Shown here piece after piece: positions 50,102-59,806 of a stretch of DNA of 64,000 nucleotides. Numbering within the stretch: position 1 is the stretch's first letter; each line of letters starts with the position of its first letter. The notes under the pieces were generated by a model. It was not told where the DNA came from, searched no databases, and saw nothing but the letters and a program-made list of their open reading frames with translations. Source of the DNA: an uncultured Chloroflexia bacterium (lineage in GTDB: Bacteria; Chloroflexota; Limnocylindria; Limnocylindrales; CSP1-4). The position numbers and the translations under genes are program-made. The stretch lies in NCBI GenBank assembly GCA_963746855.1, contig CAVVDC010000002.1:7588-71587 (forward strand), given 5' to 3'.

Positions 50102-51321
50102 CCGAGCGCGGCGATCGCGCGATCCTGGTCGGCGTCGGGCTCGTCGCCGGGTCGGCGCTCGTCTACTTGCTCGCGAACCACCTGTTCGGGGCCGGTCGGC
50201 CGGACTTCTTCTACCTCGCCGACGCGTTCCTCCACGGCCGGACCTGGCTGGCCTTCCAGCCCGGTCCGTACGACGTCATCATCGTCGGCACCCACTTCTA
50301 CGTGCCGTTCGCCCCGTTCCCGGCCGTCGCGCTCATGCCGCTCGTCGCACTCATCGGGCCGGATGCGGCCGCCGGCCGGGAGCCGGTCGTCAACGCGTTC
50401 CTCGCGGCGAGCACCGTCGGGCTGTGCTGGTGGTTCCTCGGCCGGGTCAAGGTCGCGCGCCTCAGCGACCGCGTCTGGCTGACGATCCTGTTCGGGTTCT
50501 CGACCCAGATCCTCTGGGTGACCACCCGCGGCGGCGTCTGGCACACCGGGCACCTGATCGCCACGATCCTGACCTTCGCCTGCCTCATCGAGCTGTGGGG
50601 CCGCCAACGCGCCTGGCTCATCGGCCTGCTGGCGGGAGCGGCGTTCCTGACCCGCGCGCCGCTCGCGTTCGCGATCCCGTTCTACGCGCTGATGCTCGAC
50701 CCGCGGCCGGCCCTCGCCGCCGCGACCGTTCCGGGCGGCTACATCGAGCGGGCGAAGGGGTTCCCGTGGCGCTCATGGGTCTGGCTCGGGATCGGCGCCC
50801 TCCCGGCGCTCATCGCCTTCTTCGCCTACAACCAGATCCGGTTCGGGACGCCGCTCGAATCCGGCTACGCCCTGGCGACGCTCCCGCCGTTCCTCGAGTA
50901 CCTGCGCGACCAGGGGCTGTTCTCGGTCAGCCACATCACCATGAACCTTGACTACCTGTTCCTCCACCTGCCGCGACCGATCCCGGACTTCCCCTTCTTC
51001 ATGCCCGACGGCATGGGCATGTCGATCTTCCTGACCAGCCCGGGCCTGTTCTTCGCGGTGCGAGCGGACTGGCGAGAGCGACGCGCCTGGTTGCTCTTCG
51101 GGGCGACGATCGCGGTCCTGATCCCGACGCTGCTCTACTACGGAGGAGGCTGGCTCCAGTACGGGTACCGCTACTTCCTCGACTCGGTCCCGTTCGTCAT
51201 CGCCTTGTGCGGCCTGGCCGCCGCGTACCGAGGCTCGATCGGCACCGGCTGGCGCGTCCTGATCGTGTTCGGGGTCGTGGTCAACGCGATCGGCGTCTAC
51301 TGGGCGTACAACCTGCACTGA
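50098..51321 (+). CDS. GT-C-fold membrane glycosyltransferase (ArnT/PMT_2-like)
   Basis: GTG 50098 overlaps the upstream stop (GTGA). Polytopic, with the loop motif FFYLADAFLHGRTWL...YVPFAPFPA. Confidence 0.55.
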   Translation: MTERGDRAILVGVGLVAGSALVYLLANHLFGAGRPDFFYLADAFLHGRTWLAFQPGPYDVIIVGTHFYVPFAPFPAVALMPLVALIGPDAAAGREPVVNAFLAASTVGLCWWFLGRVKVARLSDRVWLTILFGFSTQILWVTTRGGVWHTGHLIATILTFACLIELWGRQRAWLIGLLAGAAFLTRAPLAFAIPFYALMLDPRPALAAATVPGGYIERAKGFPWRSWVWLGIGALPALIAFFAYNQIRFGTPLESGYALATLPPFLEYLRDQGLFSVSHITMNLDYLFLHLPRPIPDFPFFMPDGMGMSIFLTSPGLFFAVRADWRERRAWLLFGATIAVLIPTLLYYGGGWLQYGYRYFLDSVPFVIALCGLAAAYRGSIGTGWRVLIVFGVVVNAIGVYWAYNLH

Positions 51322-51356
51322 CATCTCACCCGCGCAGGTCGGCGCACCATCGCCGA

Positions 51357-52214
51357 TCAGGCGCCCTGCGACGACGGCCGGACATCCGGAGCGACCGGCG
51401 CGGCCGACACCAGGTTGACGGACCCGGGTCCGACCAGCCTCGGCAGCGCGGCGAGGAGCCCGAACGTCGAGAAGCTGATGTCCGGCTGTGCCAGGAGCAT
51501 CGCGATCGGGACCGTCCAACGTCGGTCCGTCCGGGCGCCGATGACGACGACGACGAGCGCGGCAAGTCCCCGGATCGGGAGCCCGGGCAGCGGGATGAGG
51601 AGGTTGGTCACGCCGGTTCCCGTGAGGTCCTGGCGTCGGATGAGGTCGAACCAGGTCGCCCACGCGTCGGGCGCGAGCGCGAACGAGATGGCGGCGATCG
51701 CGACGGTCGTGCCGATCGCGATGGCCAGCGACCGCCACTCGGCCCGGACCGCGAACCAGGCGATGCCGACGCCCGGCGTGAGCTTCGTCAGCAGCGGCAG
51801 CGCCCAGAGTGACGGGTACCGGAAGCCGAGGACCGCGACCAGGGCCAGCGCCCAGTACAGGTTGTCCGACGCCCAGACGACCGCGGCGATCAGGAACGGC
51901 AGGCGGAGGCGCCACGGGAGGTCGTTGAGCAGCCACGCGTACGCGGCGATCACCGCGGCGATCCACAGCGCCCGGAAGACCGGCCATTCGAGCTGGGTCA
52001 AGGGCCACAGCAGCTGCGCGAACGCCGGCGGGTAGCTGTAGCCCCGACTCCAGAGCGTGTAGTCGGGGTTGTAGAGCGGGGAGTGCCCGGTCAGCCAGTA
52101 CGCATTGGCATCGACGAGTCGGTCGAGCGTGTTCGTCGCGATCGCCGCCGCGATGCCGAAGATGGCCAGGAACCAGGCCAGGGCAAAGAGCGCCACCGGG
52201 CGCCATCGACTCAC
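51357..52214 (-). CDS. short GT87/DUF2029-like membrane protein
   Basis: 285 aa. The motifs DANAYWL...LYNP...YSYPPAFAQLLWPL and LTKLTPGVGIAWFAVRAEW mark it as a paralog of 39568..40386. Confidence 0.6.
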   Translation of the reverse strand: MSRWRPVALFALAWFLAIFGIAAAIATNTLDRLVDANAYWLTGHSPLYNPDYTLWSRGYSYPPAFAQLLWPLTQLEWPVFRALWIAAVIAAYAWLLNDLPWRLRLPFLIAAVVWASDNLYWALALVAVLGFRYPSLWALPLLTKLTPGVGIAWFAVRAEWRSLAIAIGTTVAIAAISFALAPDAWATWFDLIRRQDLTGTGVTNLLIPLPGLPIRGLAALVVVVIGARTDRRWTVPIAMLLAQPDISFSTFGLLAALPRLVGPGSVNLVSAAPVAPDVRPSSQGA

Positions 52215-52287
52215 GTCCGCCAGTATCGACGTTTCGGCTCGCGCCGGTCGCCGGGCGCTCGCGGCGCTCGCATGCGAGACTCAGGAC

Positions 52288-54555
52288 GTGGTGCGCAGCC
52301 TGGTCGTCCTCGGCCTCTTCGTCCTGTCCGGGGCCGCCGGGCTGATCTACGAGATCGTCTGGTCCCGCCAGCTGGTCCTCGTATTCGGGAACACGACCCA
52401 GGCGGTCTCCGCCATCCTGACCGGCTTCTTCGGCGGCATGGCGATCGGGGCGGCCGTCGGCGGCCGGATCGCCGACCGGGTCCGCTCGCCCCTGCGGATG
52501 TACGGGATCCTGGAGCTCGTCCTGGTCGGGGTCGTGCTCGTGACGCCGATCTCGTTCCGGCTCATCCACGAGGCCTACCGGGGCATCTACCCCAGCCTCG
52601 AGGGCGCCCCGGGGTTGCTCGCCCTCGTTCGCCTGGTCCTCGCGGTCGCGGCGCTCGCGCCGGCGACCATCCTCATGGGCGCCACGTTCCCGAGTCTCAC
52701 CCGATACCTCGCCCGGTCGAGCGCCCTCAGCCGCGCCTTCGGGCGCCTCTATGCGGCCAACACGTTCGGGGCCATCGTCGGGACCCTCGCGGCCGGGCTC
52801 GTCCTCATCGAGATCCTCGGCCTCGGCGGCGCGCTGACCGTCGGCGCGGTCTGCTCGGCCATCGCCGGGCTCGCTGCGCTCGGGCTCTCCAGGGGCGACG
52901 TCGACGAGCCAGGCACCGCCGCTCCGGACCCGCCCCGGGCCGCGCGTGCGGATCCGATCCGCGGCCCGGCGATCGCGGCATCGCGGGTCAGGCTCGCCCT
53001 CGTCATCGCGTTCGTGTCCGGCTTGACGTCGCTCGGGTACCAGGTGACCTGGACGCGCCTGCTCGCATCGGGCACGGGCAACACGACATACGTGTTCACG
53101 GTCATCCTCGCCATCTTCCTGAGCGGCATCGCGATCGGGGCGATCCTCTTCAACCTCCTTCGGTCGCGACTCGGCGATCCGCTGCGCCTGCTGGCCATCT
53201 CGCAGGTCCTGGTCGCGGGGCTCGCGCTGATCGGCCTGACCGGAGTCCTCGGCAAACCCGAGGAGCTCCATCCGGGACAGCCCTTCGAGACGCTCGCCGC
53301 GCTGTTCGGCAGCGCGATCCTCGTCGTCCTGCCCGTCACGATCGTCCTGGGCATCGCGTTCCCGACGGCGTCGAGCCTGTTGCGCGACGAGGCCTCCGAG
53401 GCCGGGTCGGAATCCGGGTCGCTGCTGGCGTCCAACACGACCGGGGCGATCCTCGGCAGCCTGCTCGTGCCGTTCATCCTGATGCCGACCATCGGGTCGC
53501 CGTGGGTCATCGTGCTGCTCGCGGTCGTGAACACGTTGCTCGGGATCGGCCTGGCCCTGATCGAGCGCCCGCGACGCATCGAGACGCTGGTCGTCGGGGC
53601 GGGCGTGCTCGCGGTCGTCGTCGTGTTCCTCGTGCGGCCGGGCGTCGTCGCCCAACCGAACGAGGCGTTCATCCACGCGGCCGGCGGCCAGGTCTTCGCC
53701 TCGACCGAAGACGAGATCGCCTCGGTCCAGGCCGGCCAGATCAGCTCGACCCCGGAGCTCTGGGTCGCGGGCACCTCGATGACGCTCCTGACCGTCGACG
53801 CCAAGCTGATGCCGATCCTGCCGCTCATCGCCCGCCCCGACTCGACGCGCGCCCTCGTCGTCGCGTTCGGCATGGGCACGGCGTTTCGCTCGGCGCTCAT
53901 CGCGGGGCTCCGGACGGACGCGGTCGAGCTCGTCCCGTCGGTCCCCGACATGTTCGGCTTCTACTACCCGGACGCGCAGGCGGTCCTGGCGGACCCGGAT
54001 GGGCGGGTGATCATCGCCGACGGCCGCAACCACCTCGAGCTCACGACCGAGCGGTTCGACATCATCCTCACCGACCCGCCGCCACCGATCGAGAGCTCCG
54101 GTGCGTCGGTCATCTCGTCCCTCGAGTACTACGAGGCGGGCCGCGATCACCTGACCGAGGACGGCGTGATGATGCAGTGGGTTCCGTACGGAGCCCCGGA
54201 ATCCGAATTCCGCGAGCACATCCGGACGTTCGCCTCGGTCTATCCGAATGTCGCCGTCATCAAGGGCGCCGGCGGCTACGGCGCCTACATGCTCGGCTCG
54301 GCGGCGCCGCTCAGCTTCGAACCCGACGCGATCCGCGCGATCCTCGGGCGACCCGGCGTCCTCGAGGACATCTCGTCCGCCTACGACTCACCGGCGAAGA
54401 CCGTCGATGCGTGGGTCGACGTCATCGCGCGACAACAGTGGCTGTCGGGCGTGGCGCTCGCGACGTACGCCGGGACCGGCCCGTTGATCACCGATGACCG
54501 CCCACGACCCGAGTATTTCCTCCTGCGCCGATGGTCGAGCGGGGACACACGGTGA
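52288..54555 (+). CDS. fused MFS-like membrane domain / spermidine-synthase-like protein
   Basis: The N-terminus (GAAGLIYEIVWSRQLVLVFGNTTQAVSAILTGFFGGMAIGA) plus about 12 TM helices is the hallmark of this fusion family. The C-terminus has the Rossmann motif FDIILTDPPPP. A GTG 52288 start is proposed because the ORF-track start at 52105 overlaps the divergent gene. Confidence 0.78.
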   Translation: MVRSLVVLGLFVLSGAAGLIYEIVWSRQLVLVFGNTTQAVSAILTGFFGGMAIGAAVGGRIADRVRSPLRMYGILELVLVGVVLVTPISFRLIHEAYRGIYPSLEGAPGLLALVRLVLAVAALAPATILMGATFPSLTRYLARSSALSRAFGRLYAANTFGAIVGTLAAGLVLIEILGLGGALTVGAVCSAIAGLAALGLSRGDVDEPGTAAPDPPRAARADPIRGPAIAASRVRLALVIAFVSGLTSLGYQVTWTRLLASGTGNTTYVFTVILAIFLSGIAIGAILFNLLRSRLGDPLRLLAISQVLVAGLALIGLTGVLGKPEELHPGQPFETLAALFGSAILVVLPVTIVLGIAFPTASSLLRDEASEAGSESGSLLASNTTGAILGSLLVPFILMPTIGSPWVIVLLAVVNTLLGIGLALIERPRRIETLVVGAGVLAVVVVFLVRPGVVAQPNEAFIHAAGGQVFASTEDEIASVQAGQISSTPELWVAGTSMTLLTVDAKLMPILPLIARPDSTRALVVAFGMGTAFRSALIAGLRTDAVELVPSVPDMFGFYYPDAQAVLADPDGRVIIADGRNHLELTTERFDIILTDPPPPIESSGASVISSLEYYEAGRDHLTEDGVMMQWVPYGAPESEFREHIRTFASVYPNVAVIKGAGGYGAYMLGSAAPLSFEPDAIRAILGRPGVLEDISSAYDSPAKTVDAWVDVIARQQWLSGVALATYAGTGPLITDDRPRPEYFLLRRWSSGDTR

Positions 54556-54603
54556 TCGCCGGTCGCGGTCAGGTTGCTGTCGCAACCATCTTCCCGGGGC
54601 CGA

Positions 54604-54612
54604 TGCTATCCT
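54604..54612 (+). promoter_or_regulatory. candidate extended -10 (TGcTATCCT), 7 nt before the ATG (leaderless mRNA candidate)
   Basis: TGCTATCCT at 54604-54612 and ATG at 54620. No Shine-Dalgarno sequence lies between them. Confidence 0.3.
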
Positions 54613-54619
54613 CCGGCCG

Positions 54620-55825
54620 ATGACCACCCAGACCCTCGACCGGGAGCCCGCCTGTCCGGGGCCGGCGTTCGACGTCGGCGACCCAGACGCGACCCCGATC
54701 GCGACGGCGCTGCGGATCGAACCGCGCGCCTTCGACGCGATCCCGCGCGAGACGTGGGACGGCCTGGTGGGCCGCAACCCGTGGGCGACCCCGTTCTCCG
54801 AGTGGGCCTTCCATCGGGCCTGGTGGGATGCTTACGGCCCCAACGCCCACGAGCAGACGCTCGTGGCCGTGCCGGCCGACGCGCCGGCCGATGGCGGGGC
54901 GGACCCCGTCGCCATCGTCCCGCTCATGCACCGCCATGAGGTCGAGCCGAGCGACGCCGCCACCCGGACGATGATGCGCCACGGGGGTGACGCCGAGCTG
55001 ACCCCGGTCGACCCGGACGCGACGGCCATCTTCTTCGGGGCGTCGTACCACGCCGATTACGCCACCGCCCTGGTCGCGCCAGCGGATCGGCCGGCGATGT
55101 GCGCCGCCCTCGCCGAGTATCTCGCCGGTCCGGGATCGGGCGACTGGGACGTCGTCGACCTGCGCCGTCTGCGCTGCGGCGATCCGTTCGCCGAGGAGCT
55201 GGCGGGCGCGCTCGGGGCGCTCGAGATCGCGAACGGCTGGACACTCAACGTCGAGCGTGAGGACGTCTGCCCCGTCGCGACGCTGCCCGACGGCGTCGAC
55301 ATGGACGGGTTCCTTTCGACCCTGGGCAAGAAGGAACGCCACGAGATCCGGCGCAAGGCCCGCCGGGCGACGGCCGTCGGCGAGATCCGTCTCGACGACT
55401 CGGCCGATCCGCTCGCCGACCTCGGGGCGTTCATCGACCTGCACCAGAAGCGCTGGGGGGCGGCCGGGCTCTTCCCGCCGACCATCGGCGGCGACCAGAG
55501 CCGGACGATGTTCCGGCGGATGTTCGAGCTGTGGGGCACGGACGGGCCGATCCGCCTGGCGTTCCTCACCGTCGGCGGCCGACGCATCGCGGCCGGCATC
55601 CACTTCGAGACGCCCGACGGCTACCTCTACTTCAACGCCGGCGTCGATCCCGATGCGCGCGACCTGTCGCCGGGCGTCGTCATGGTCCACGCCTATGTCG
55701 AGCGTGCCCTGGCCCTTGGCAAGCGCCGCCTCGACTTCCTCCGCGGCGACGAACCCTACAAGTACGAGTGGGGCGCGGTCGACGAACCCATCCAGCGCGT
55801 GCTGGTTCGACGTAGGACCAGGTGA
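54620..55825 (+). CDS. GNAT-fold acyl/aminoacyl-transferase (FemAB/CelD/BioF2-like, Acetyltransf_6-type)
   Basis: Motifs PFSEWAFHRAWWDAYG, FIDLHQKRWG, LAFLTVGGRRIAAGIHFE, YFNAGVDPD and LDFLRGDEPYKYEWGA. Confidence 0.72.
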   Translation: MTTQTLDREPACPGPAFDVGDPDATPIATALRIEPRAFDAIPRETWDGLVGRNPWATPFSEWAFHRAWWDAYGPNAHEQTLVAVPADAPADGGADPVAIVPLMHRHEVEPSDAATRTMMRHGGDAELTPVDPDATAIFFGASYHADYATALVAPADRPAMCAALAEYLAGPGSGDWDVVDLRRLRCGDPFAEELAGALGALEIANGWTLNVEREDVCPVATLPDGVDMDGFLSTLGKKERHEIRRKARRATAVGEIRLDDSADPLADLGAFIDLHQKRWGAAGLFPPTIGGDQSRTMFRRMFELWGTDGPIRLAFLTVGGRRIAAGIHFETPDGYLYFNAGVDPDARDLSPGVVMVHAYVERALALGKRRLDFLRGDEPYKYEWGAVDEPIQRVLVRRRTR

Positions 55826-55826
55826 G

Positions 55827-57029
55827 ATGACCGCCCCACGCCCATCGGACCCCTGTTTCGAGCCGGTCCAGCGGCCGGTCCTGACCGGGGACCGGATCCG
55901 TGTCGTCGAGGTGATCTCGACCGGCACGAACGGCGGTGCCCAGGAGCATCTCCAGTCGCTGGTCTCGCGGATCGACACGAGCCGCTATGACGTCTCGGTC
56001 GTGGCGATGTCGACCGGCAGCGCCGTGCGCAAGCTCCAGCGCACGAGCATCCCGGTCCTCGTCATCGACGACCCCGACGACGCCATCGCGGTCGGCGCGC
56101 TCGCCGCGCACCTGGCGGAGGTCCGGGCCGACGTCGTCCACGCCCATATGTACCGCGCCGAGACGGTCGCGACCCGTGCGGTCCTGGCCCTCGCCGAGAT
56201 CGGCCACCGCCGCCCCTACCTCGTCGCGACCGTTCATTCCAGCCGGGTCCGCCCCACCGAGGACCAGGCGTTCCTGCGCGAGCTGACGCCGCACATGGAC
56301 CACCTCATCGCCGTGTCACGTGCGATCCAGCACAAGCTGGTCGACGAGGAACGCACGACCGTCCCGGTCAGCCTCATCTACAACGGCGTGGACCTCGAGC
56401 GCTACGACCACCAGGAACCGTGCTGCACGCTGCCCGAGGAGTACGGCATGGAGCCCGGCTCGCAGATCGTCGGCGTCGTGGCCCGCCTCGAGCCCGAGAA
56501 GGGGCACCCCACGTTGCTCGAGGCCTGGCCGGCCGTCCTGCGGGTGGTGCCGGACGCGTATCTGCTCATCGTCGGGGAGGGGAGTCGCCGCGACGCCCTC
56601 GAGGCCCAGGCGCGCGAACTGCAGATCGCCCACCGGGTGGTGTTCACCGGGCGGCGCGATGACGTGCCGGCCGTGACCGCGGCGCTGGACGTCGCGGTCC
56701 TGCCGTCGTATCGCGAAGCGCAGGGGCTGTCCGTCCTCGAGGCCATGGCCCTGTCGCGTCCCGTGGTGGCCTCGAACGTCGGCGGGATCCCCGAGATGAT
56801 CAAGGACGGCGTCACGGGCCTGCTCGTCCCGCCGCGCGACGCGGAGGCCCTCGCGGCGGGGATCACCCGCCTCCTGCGGGATCACCCGTACGCCGACACG
56901 CTCGGGCGCGCGGGGCACGACCTCGTGCACGACCGGTTCTGCATCGAGTTGATGGTTCGCGCCGTCGAATCGATCTACGACGAGGGCGCCGGCACGGTCC
57001 GCCTGTCCGAGGTCGCGGCGGCCGGCTAG
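55827..57029 (+). CDS. GT4-family (GT-B fold) glycosyltransferase
   Basis: Motifs [22 protein letters not shown] and [44 protein letters not shown] (E-x7-E region). ATG 55827 lies 1 nt after the upstream stop. Confidence 0.9.
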   Translation: MTAPRPSDPCFEPVQRPVLTGDRIRVVEVISTGTNGGAQEHLQSLVSRIDTSRYDVSVVAMSTGSAVRKLQRTSIPVLVIDDPDDAIAVGALAAHLAEVRADVVHAHMYRAETVATRAVLALAEIGHRRPYLVATVHSSRVRPTEDQAFLRELTPHMDHLIAVSRAIQHKLVDEERTTVPVSLIYNGVDLERYDHQEPCCTLPEEYGMEPGSQIVGVVARLEPEKGHPTLLEAWPAVLRVVPDAYLLIVGEGSRRDALEAQARELQIAHRVVFTGRRDDVPAVTAALDVAVLPSYREAQGLSVLEAMALSRPVVASNVGGIPEMIKDGVTGLLVPPRDAEALAAGITRLLRDHPYADTLGRAGHDLVHDRFCIELMVRAVESIYDEGAGTVRLSEVAAAG

Positions 57030-57066
57030 GACCATCGGGCTGGTGCGGCCGCGCACCGCGGTTCGC

Positions 57067-57072
57067 TAGCAT
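57067..57072 (+). promoter_or_regulatory. candidate -10 (TAGCAT), 6 nt before the GTG start (leaderless candidate)
   Basis: TAGCAT at 57067-57072 and GTG at 57079. No Shine-Dalgarno sequence. Confidence 0.25.
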
Positions 57073-57078
57073 CGCGCG

Positions 57079-58590
57079 GTGACCCTGACCCGATTCTGGG
57101 CGTTCCTGGCCGTCGCGCTACCGGTCCTCGCCGCGCTCATCGCGAACCTGAGCTCGGTCGACCTCACGTACCACCTGCGTGCGGGCGACGAGATCCTCGC
57201 GACCGGTGCGCTCCCGGGCACGGACACGTGGACCTACACCGCTGCCGGCGCGGCGTGGGTCGACCAGCAATGGGGCGCCCAGGTCGTGCTCTCCGGCGTC
57301 TACCGGCTGGCCGGCTGGACCGGCCTCGTCATCCTGCGCGCGCTCCTCGTCGGGGTCATCTTCGGGTGCGTCTTCGAGATCGGGCGACGCCGTGGCCTCG
57401 GCACCCGCCGGGCTGCCGGGCTGACGTTCGCGGCATTCGTGGTCGCCGCCGTGGCGCTCGCCCTGCGCCCGCAGCTGTTCGGCATGGCCCTGTTCTCGAT
57501 CATCGTCCTGTTCGTCGTGGATCGTCGGACCCACCCGGACCGACTGTGGGTCATCCCGGTCCTCGTCGCGGTCTGGGCGAACCTGCATGGCAGCTTCTTC
57601 CTCGGCCCGCTCGTCCTCGGTCTGGCCTGGCTCGAGGACGTGCACGACCGGGTCCCCGGCGCGCGCCGGGTCCTGCTGATCGCCATCGTGAGCGCCGCGG
57701 CCGCCTGTCTGACGCCGTTCGGGCCGATGGTCTGGGTGTACGCCGTCGGTCTCTCGACCAACCCCGAGGTGACCGGCCGGATCAGCGAATGGCAGCCAAC
57801 ATCACTTCGCAGCGTCCCGGGCCTCCTCTTCTTCGCGTCGGTCGCCGCGGTCGTGGTCCTCATCGCCCGGCGCGGGGCCCGCACCAGCTGGCCGACCCTC
57901 GCCTGGCTCGCGGCGTTCGCGGCGATCGGCGCGTATGCCATCCGCGGCGTGGCCTGGTGGCCGCTCGGCGCCGTCGCGGCGATCGCCGGCGTGCTCGTGA
58001 CCGAGCCGGAACGAGACACAGGCGAGGAACGCCCGGACCCGGTCCTCATCCGTCGCATGAACGTCGTCCTTGCCGGCGCGATGGTGGTCGCGGGCATCGC
58101 GCTCCTGCCCGTGTGGCGGCCGCTTGACGAGGGGTTGCAGGCCCCGGCGGGGGTCGTCGGCAACGCGCCGCCAGGCATCACGGCGGCGCTGCGTGAGGTC
58201 GAACGCCCCGGCGATCGGCTCTTCAACCCGCAGCCCTGGGGATCCTGGTTCGAGTTCACGTTCCGGCACCTGCCGGTCGCCATCAATTCGCGGATCGAGG
58301 TGTTCCCCGTCGACGTCTGGGACCAGTACGAGCGCGTCGTGGCGGGCGTGGACGGGTGGCAGGACCAGCTCGACGAGTGGGGCGTGACGGTCGTCGTCGC
58401 GGCCGGCGACGGCCAGGACGCCTTCTCGGCCCGCCTCGAGGAGGCCGGCTGGCGCGAGGCATACCGGGACGCCGACGGCGCCGTCCTGGTTCGCCGCGAC
58501 CGACCGATCCTCGCGACGATCGACCATGTCGTCAGTACCGGGCACCGCCCGACCTTCGGGTCGCGGTGCGTGCTCGCACCCGGCTGCTAG
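57079..58590 (+). CDS. uncharacterised polytopic membrane protein with a C-terminal soluble domain (possible GT-C-like enzyme)
   Basis: 503 aa with about 10 TM helices. An early loop reads LTYHLRAGDEIL...DTWTYTAAGAAWVDQQWGAQV. I could not assign a family with confidence. Confidence 0.5.
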   Translation: MTLTRFWAFLAVALPVLAALIANLSSVDLTYHLRAGDEILATGALPGTDTWTYTAAGAAWVDQQWGAQVVLSGVYRLAGWTGLVILRALLVGVIFGCVFEIGRRRGLGTRRAAGLTFAAFVVAAVALALRPQLFGMALFSIIVLFVVDRRTHPDRLWVIPVLVAVWANLHGSFFLGPLVLGLAWLEDVHDRVPGARRVLLIAIVSAAAACLTPFGPMVWVYAVGLSTNPEVTGRISEWQPTSLRSVPGLLFFASVAAVVVLIARRGARTSWPTLAWLAAFAAIGAYAIRGVAWWPLGAVAAIAGVLVTEPERDTGEERPDPVLIRRMNVVLAGAMVVAGIALLPVWRPLDEGLQAPAGVVGNAPPGITAALREVERPGDRLFNPQPWGSWFEFTFRHLPVAINSRIEVFPVDVWDQYERVVAGVDGWQDQLDEWGVTVVVAAGDGQDAFSARLEEAGWREAYRDADGAVLVRRDRPILATIDHVVSTGHRPTFGSRCVLAPGC

Positions 58591-58593
58591 AGT
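58585..58593 (+). promoter_or_regulatory. candidate extended -10 (TGcTAGAGT), 7 nt before the ATG (leaderless candidate)
   Basis: TGCTAGAGT at 58585-58593 overlaps the upstream TAG stop. The ATG is at 58601. Confidence 0.3.
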
Positions 58594-58600
58594 CGGACGC

Positions 58601-59806
58601 ATGAGGGAAACGCCCGCCGATCTCGATGTCGTCGTCCTGGGCGGCGGGGGCCACGTCGGGCTGCCGCTCAGCCTGGCGTTCGCGCAGGCGGGCCTCACCG
58701 TCGGGATCTACGACACCAACCAGGACACGCTCGACCGCATCGCCGCGGGCGAGATGCCGTTCATGGAGGCGGGTGCCGACGAGCTGCTCCGCACCCTGCT
58801 CCCCACCGGACGGCTGGCGTTCGGCGCGGACGGCTCGATGATCGGCCGGACCGACCAGCTGGTCGTCGTCATCGGGACGCCGGTGGACGAATTCCTGGGG
58901 CCGTCGATGACGGTCTTCGAGCGGGCCGTCGACCAGATCGCGCCACATCTGCGTGACGGCGCCCTGGTCGTCCTGCGCAGCACCGTCTACCCGGGCACGA
59001 CCGGCTACGTGGCACAGCACTTGGCCGAGCGCGGCTGCACCGCGGACGTCGCGTTCTGCCCGGAGCGGATCGCGGAAGGCCACGCCCTCGAGGAGCTTCG
59101 CACGCTGCCCCAGATCGTCGGTGCCGACGACGAACGGGCCGCCGAACGGGCAGAAACCCTGTTTCGGCACCTCGCCGACAAGACGATCCGGACCTGCTCG
59201 AAGGAGGCCGAGCTGGCCAAGCTCTTCACGAACACCTGGCGCTACATGAAGTTCGCGGTGGCCAACCAGTTCCTGATGATCTCCGACCAGGCGGGCGTGG
59301 ACTACACGAACGTCCTGCGCGCGATCCGCGAGGACTACCCGCGCGCGGCCGACCTGCCCGGTCCCGGCTTCGCCGCCGGTCCGTGCCTGTTCAAGGACAC
59401 CATGCAGCTCGCCGCGTTCACGGCCGATCACTTCCCGCTCGGCCAGGCCGCGATGCAGGTCAACGAAGGGCTGCCGGCCTACATCGTCTCGGCGCTCGAA
59501 CGCCGCTACGGCGGGCTCCAGGGCAAGACCGTCGGGATCCTGGGCATGGCCTTCAAGAGCGAATCGGACGACACCCGGGCGTCGCTCAGCTACAAGCTGC
59601 GCAAGCTCCTCTCGTGGGCCGGCGCACGGGTCCTGGCCACCGATCCATACGTGGATGACGACCGCCTCGTCACGCTCGAGTGCACGCTCGAGGAGAGCGA
59701 CATCCTGGTCCTCGGGGCCCCGCACAAGGCGTACCGAGGGCTCCAGATCGGCGGCAAGGACGTGGTCGACGTCTGGGGGGCCCTCGGCGGGGGGATCCAG
59801 CTCTAG
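58601..59806 (+). CDS. nucleotide-sugar dehydrogenase (UDP-glucose/GDP-mannose dehydrogenase family)
   Basis: N-terminal Rossmann motif VVVLGGGGHVGLPLSLAFA, a catalytic Cys motif (GPCLFKD) and a C-terminal UDP-binding domain (GILGMAFKSESDDTR). Confidence 0.88.
   Translation: MRETPADLDVVVLGGGGHVGLPLSLAFAQAGLTVGIYDTNQDTLDRIAAGEMPFMEAGADELLRTLLPTGRLAFGADGSMIGRTDQLVVVIGTPVDEFLGPSMTVFERAVDQIAPHLRDGALVVLRSTVYPGTTGYVAQHLAERGCTADVAFCPERIAEGHALEELRTLPQIVGADDERAAERAETLFRHLADKTIRTCSKEAELAKLFTNTWRYMKFAVANQFLMISDQAGVDYTNVLRAIREDYPRAADLPGPGFAAGPCLFKDTMQLAAFTADHFPLGQAAMQVNEGLPAYIVSALERRYGGLQGKTVGILGMAFKSESDDTRASLSYKLRKLLSWAGARVLATDPYVDDDRLVTLECTLEESDILVLGAPHKAYRGLQIGGKDVVDVWGALGGGIQL

Noticed and set aside
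50773-54219. A 1148-aa minus-strand ORF, the longest in the track.
   Set aside because: It lies antisense to well-supported plus-strand genes (GT-C, fused MFS/spermidine synthase) and overlaps the real minus-strand GT87-like gene in another frame. The translation is an Arg/Asp/Gly/Pro-rich low-complexity string with no recognisable motif. This is the typical stop-codon-poor shadow frame of high-GC DNA.
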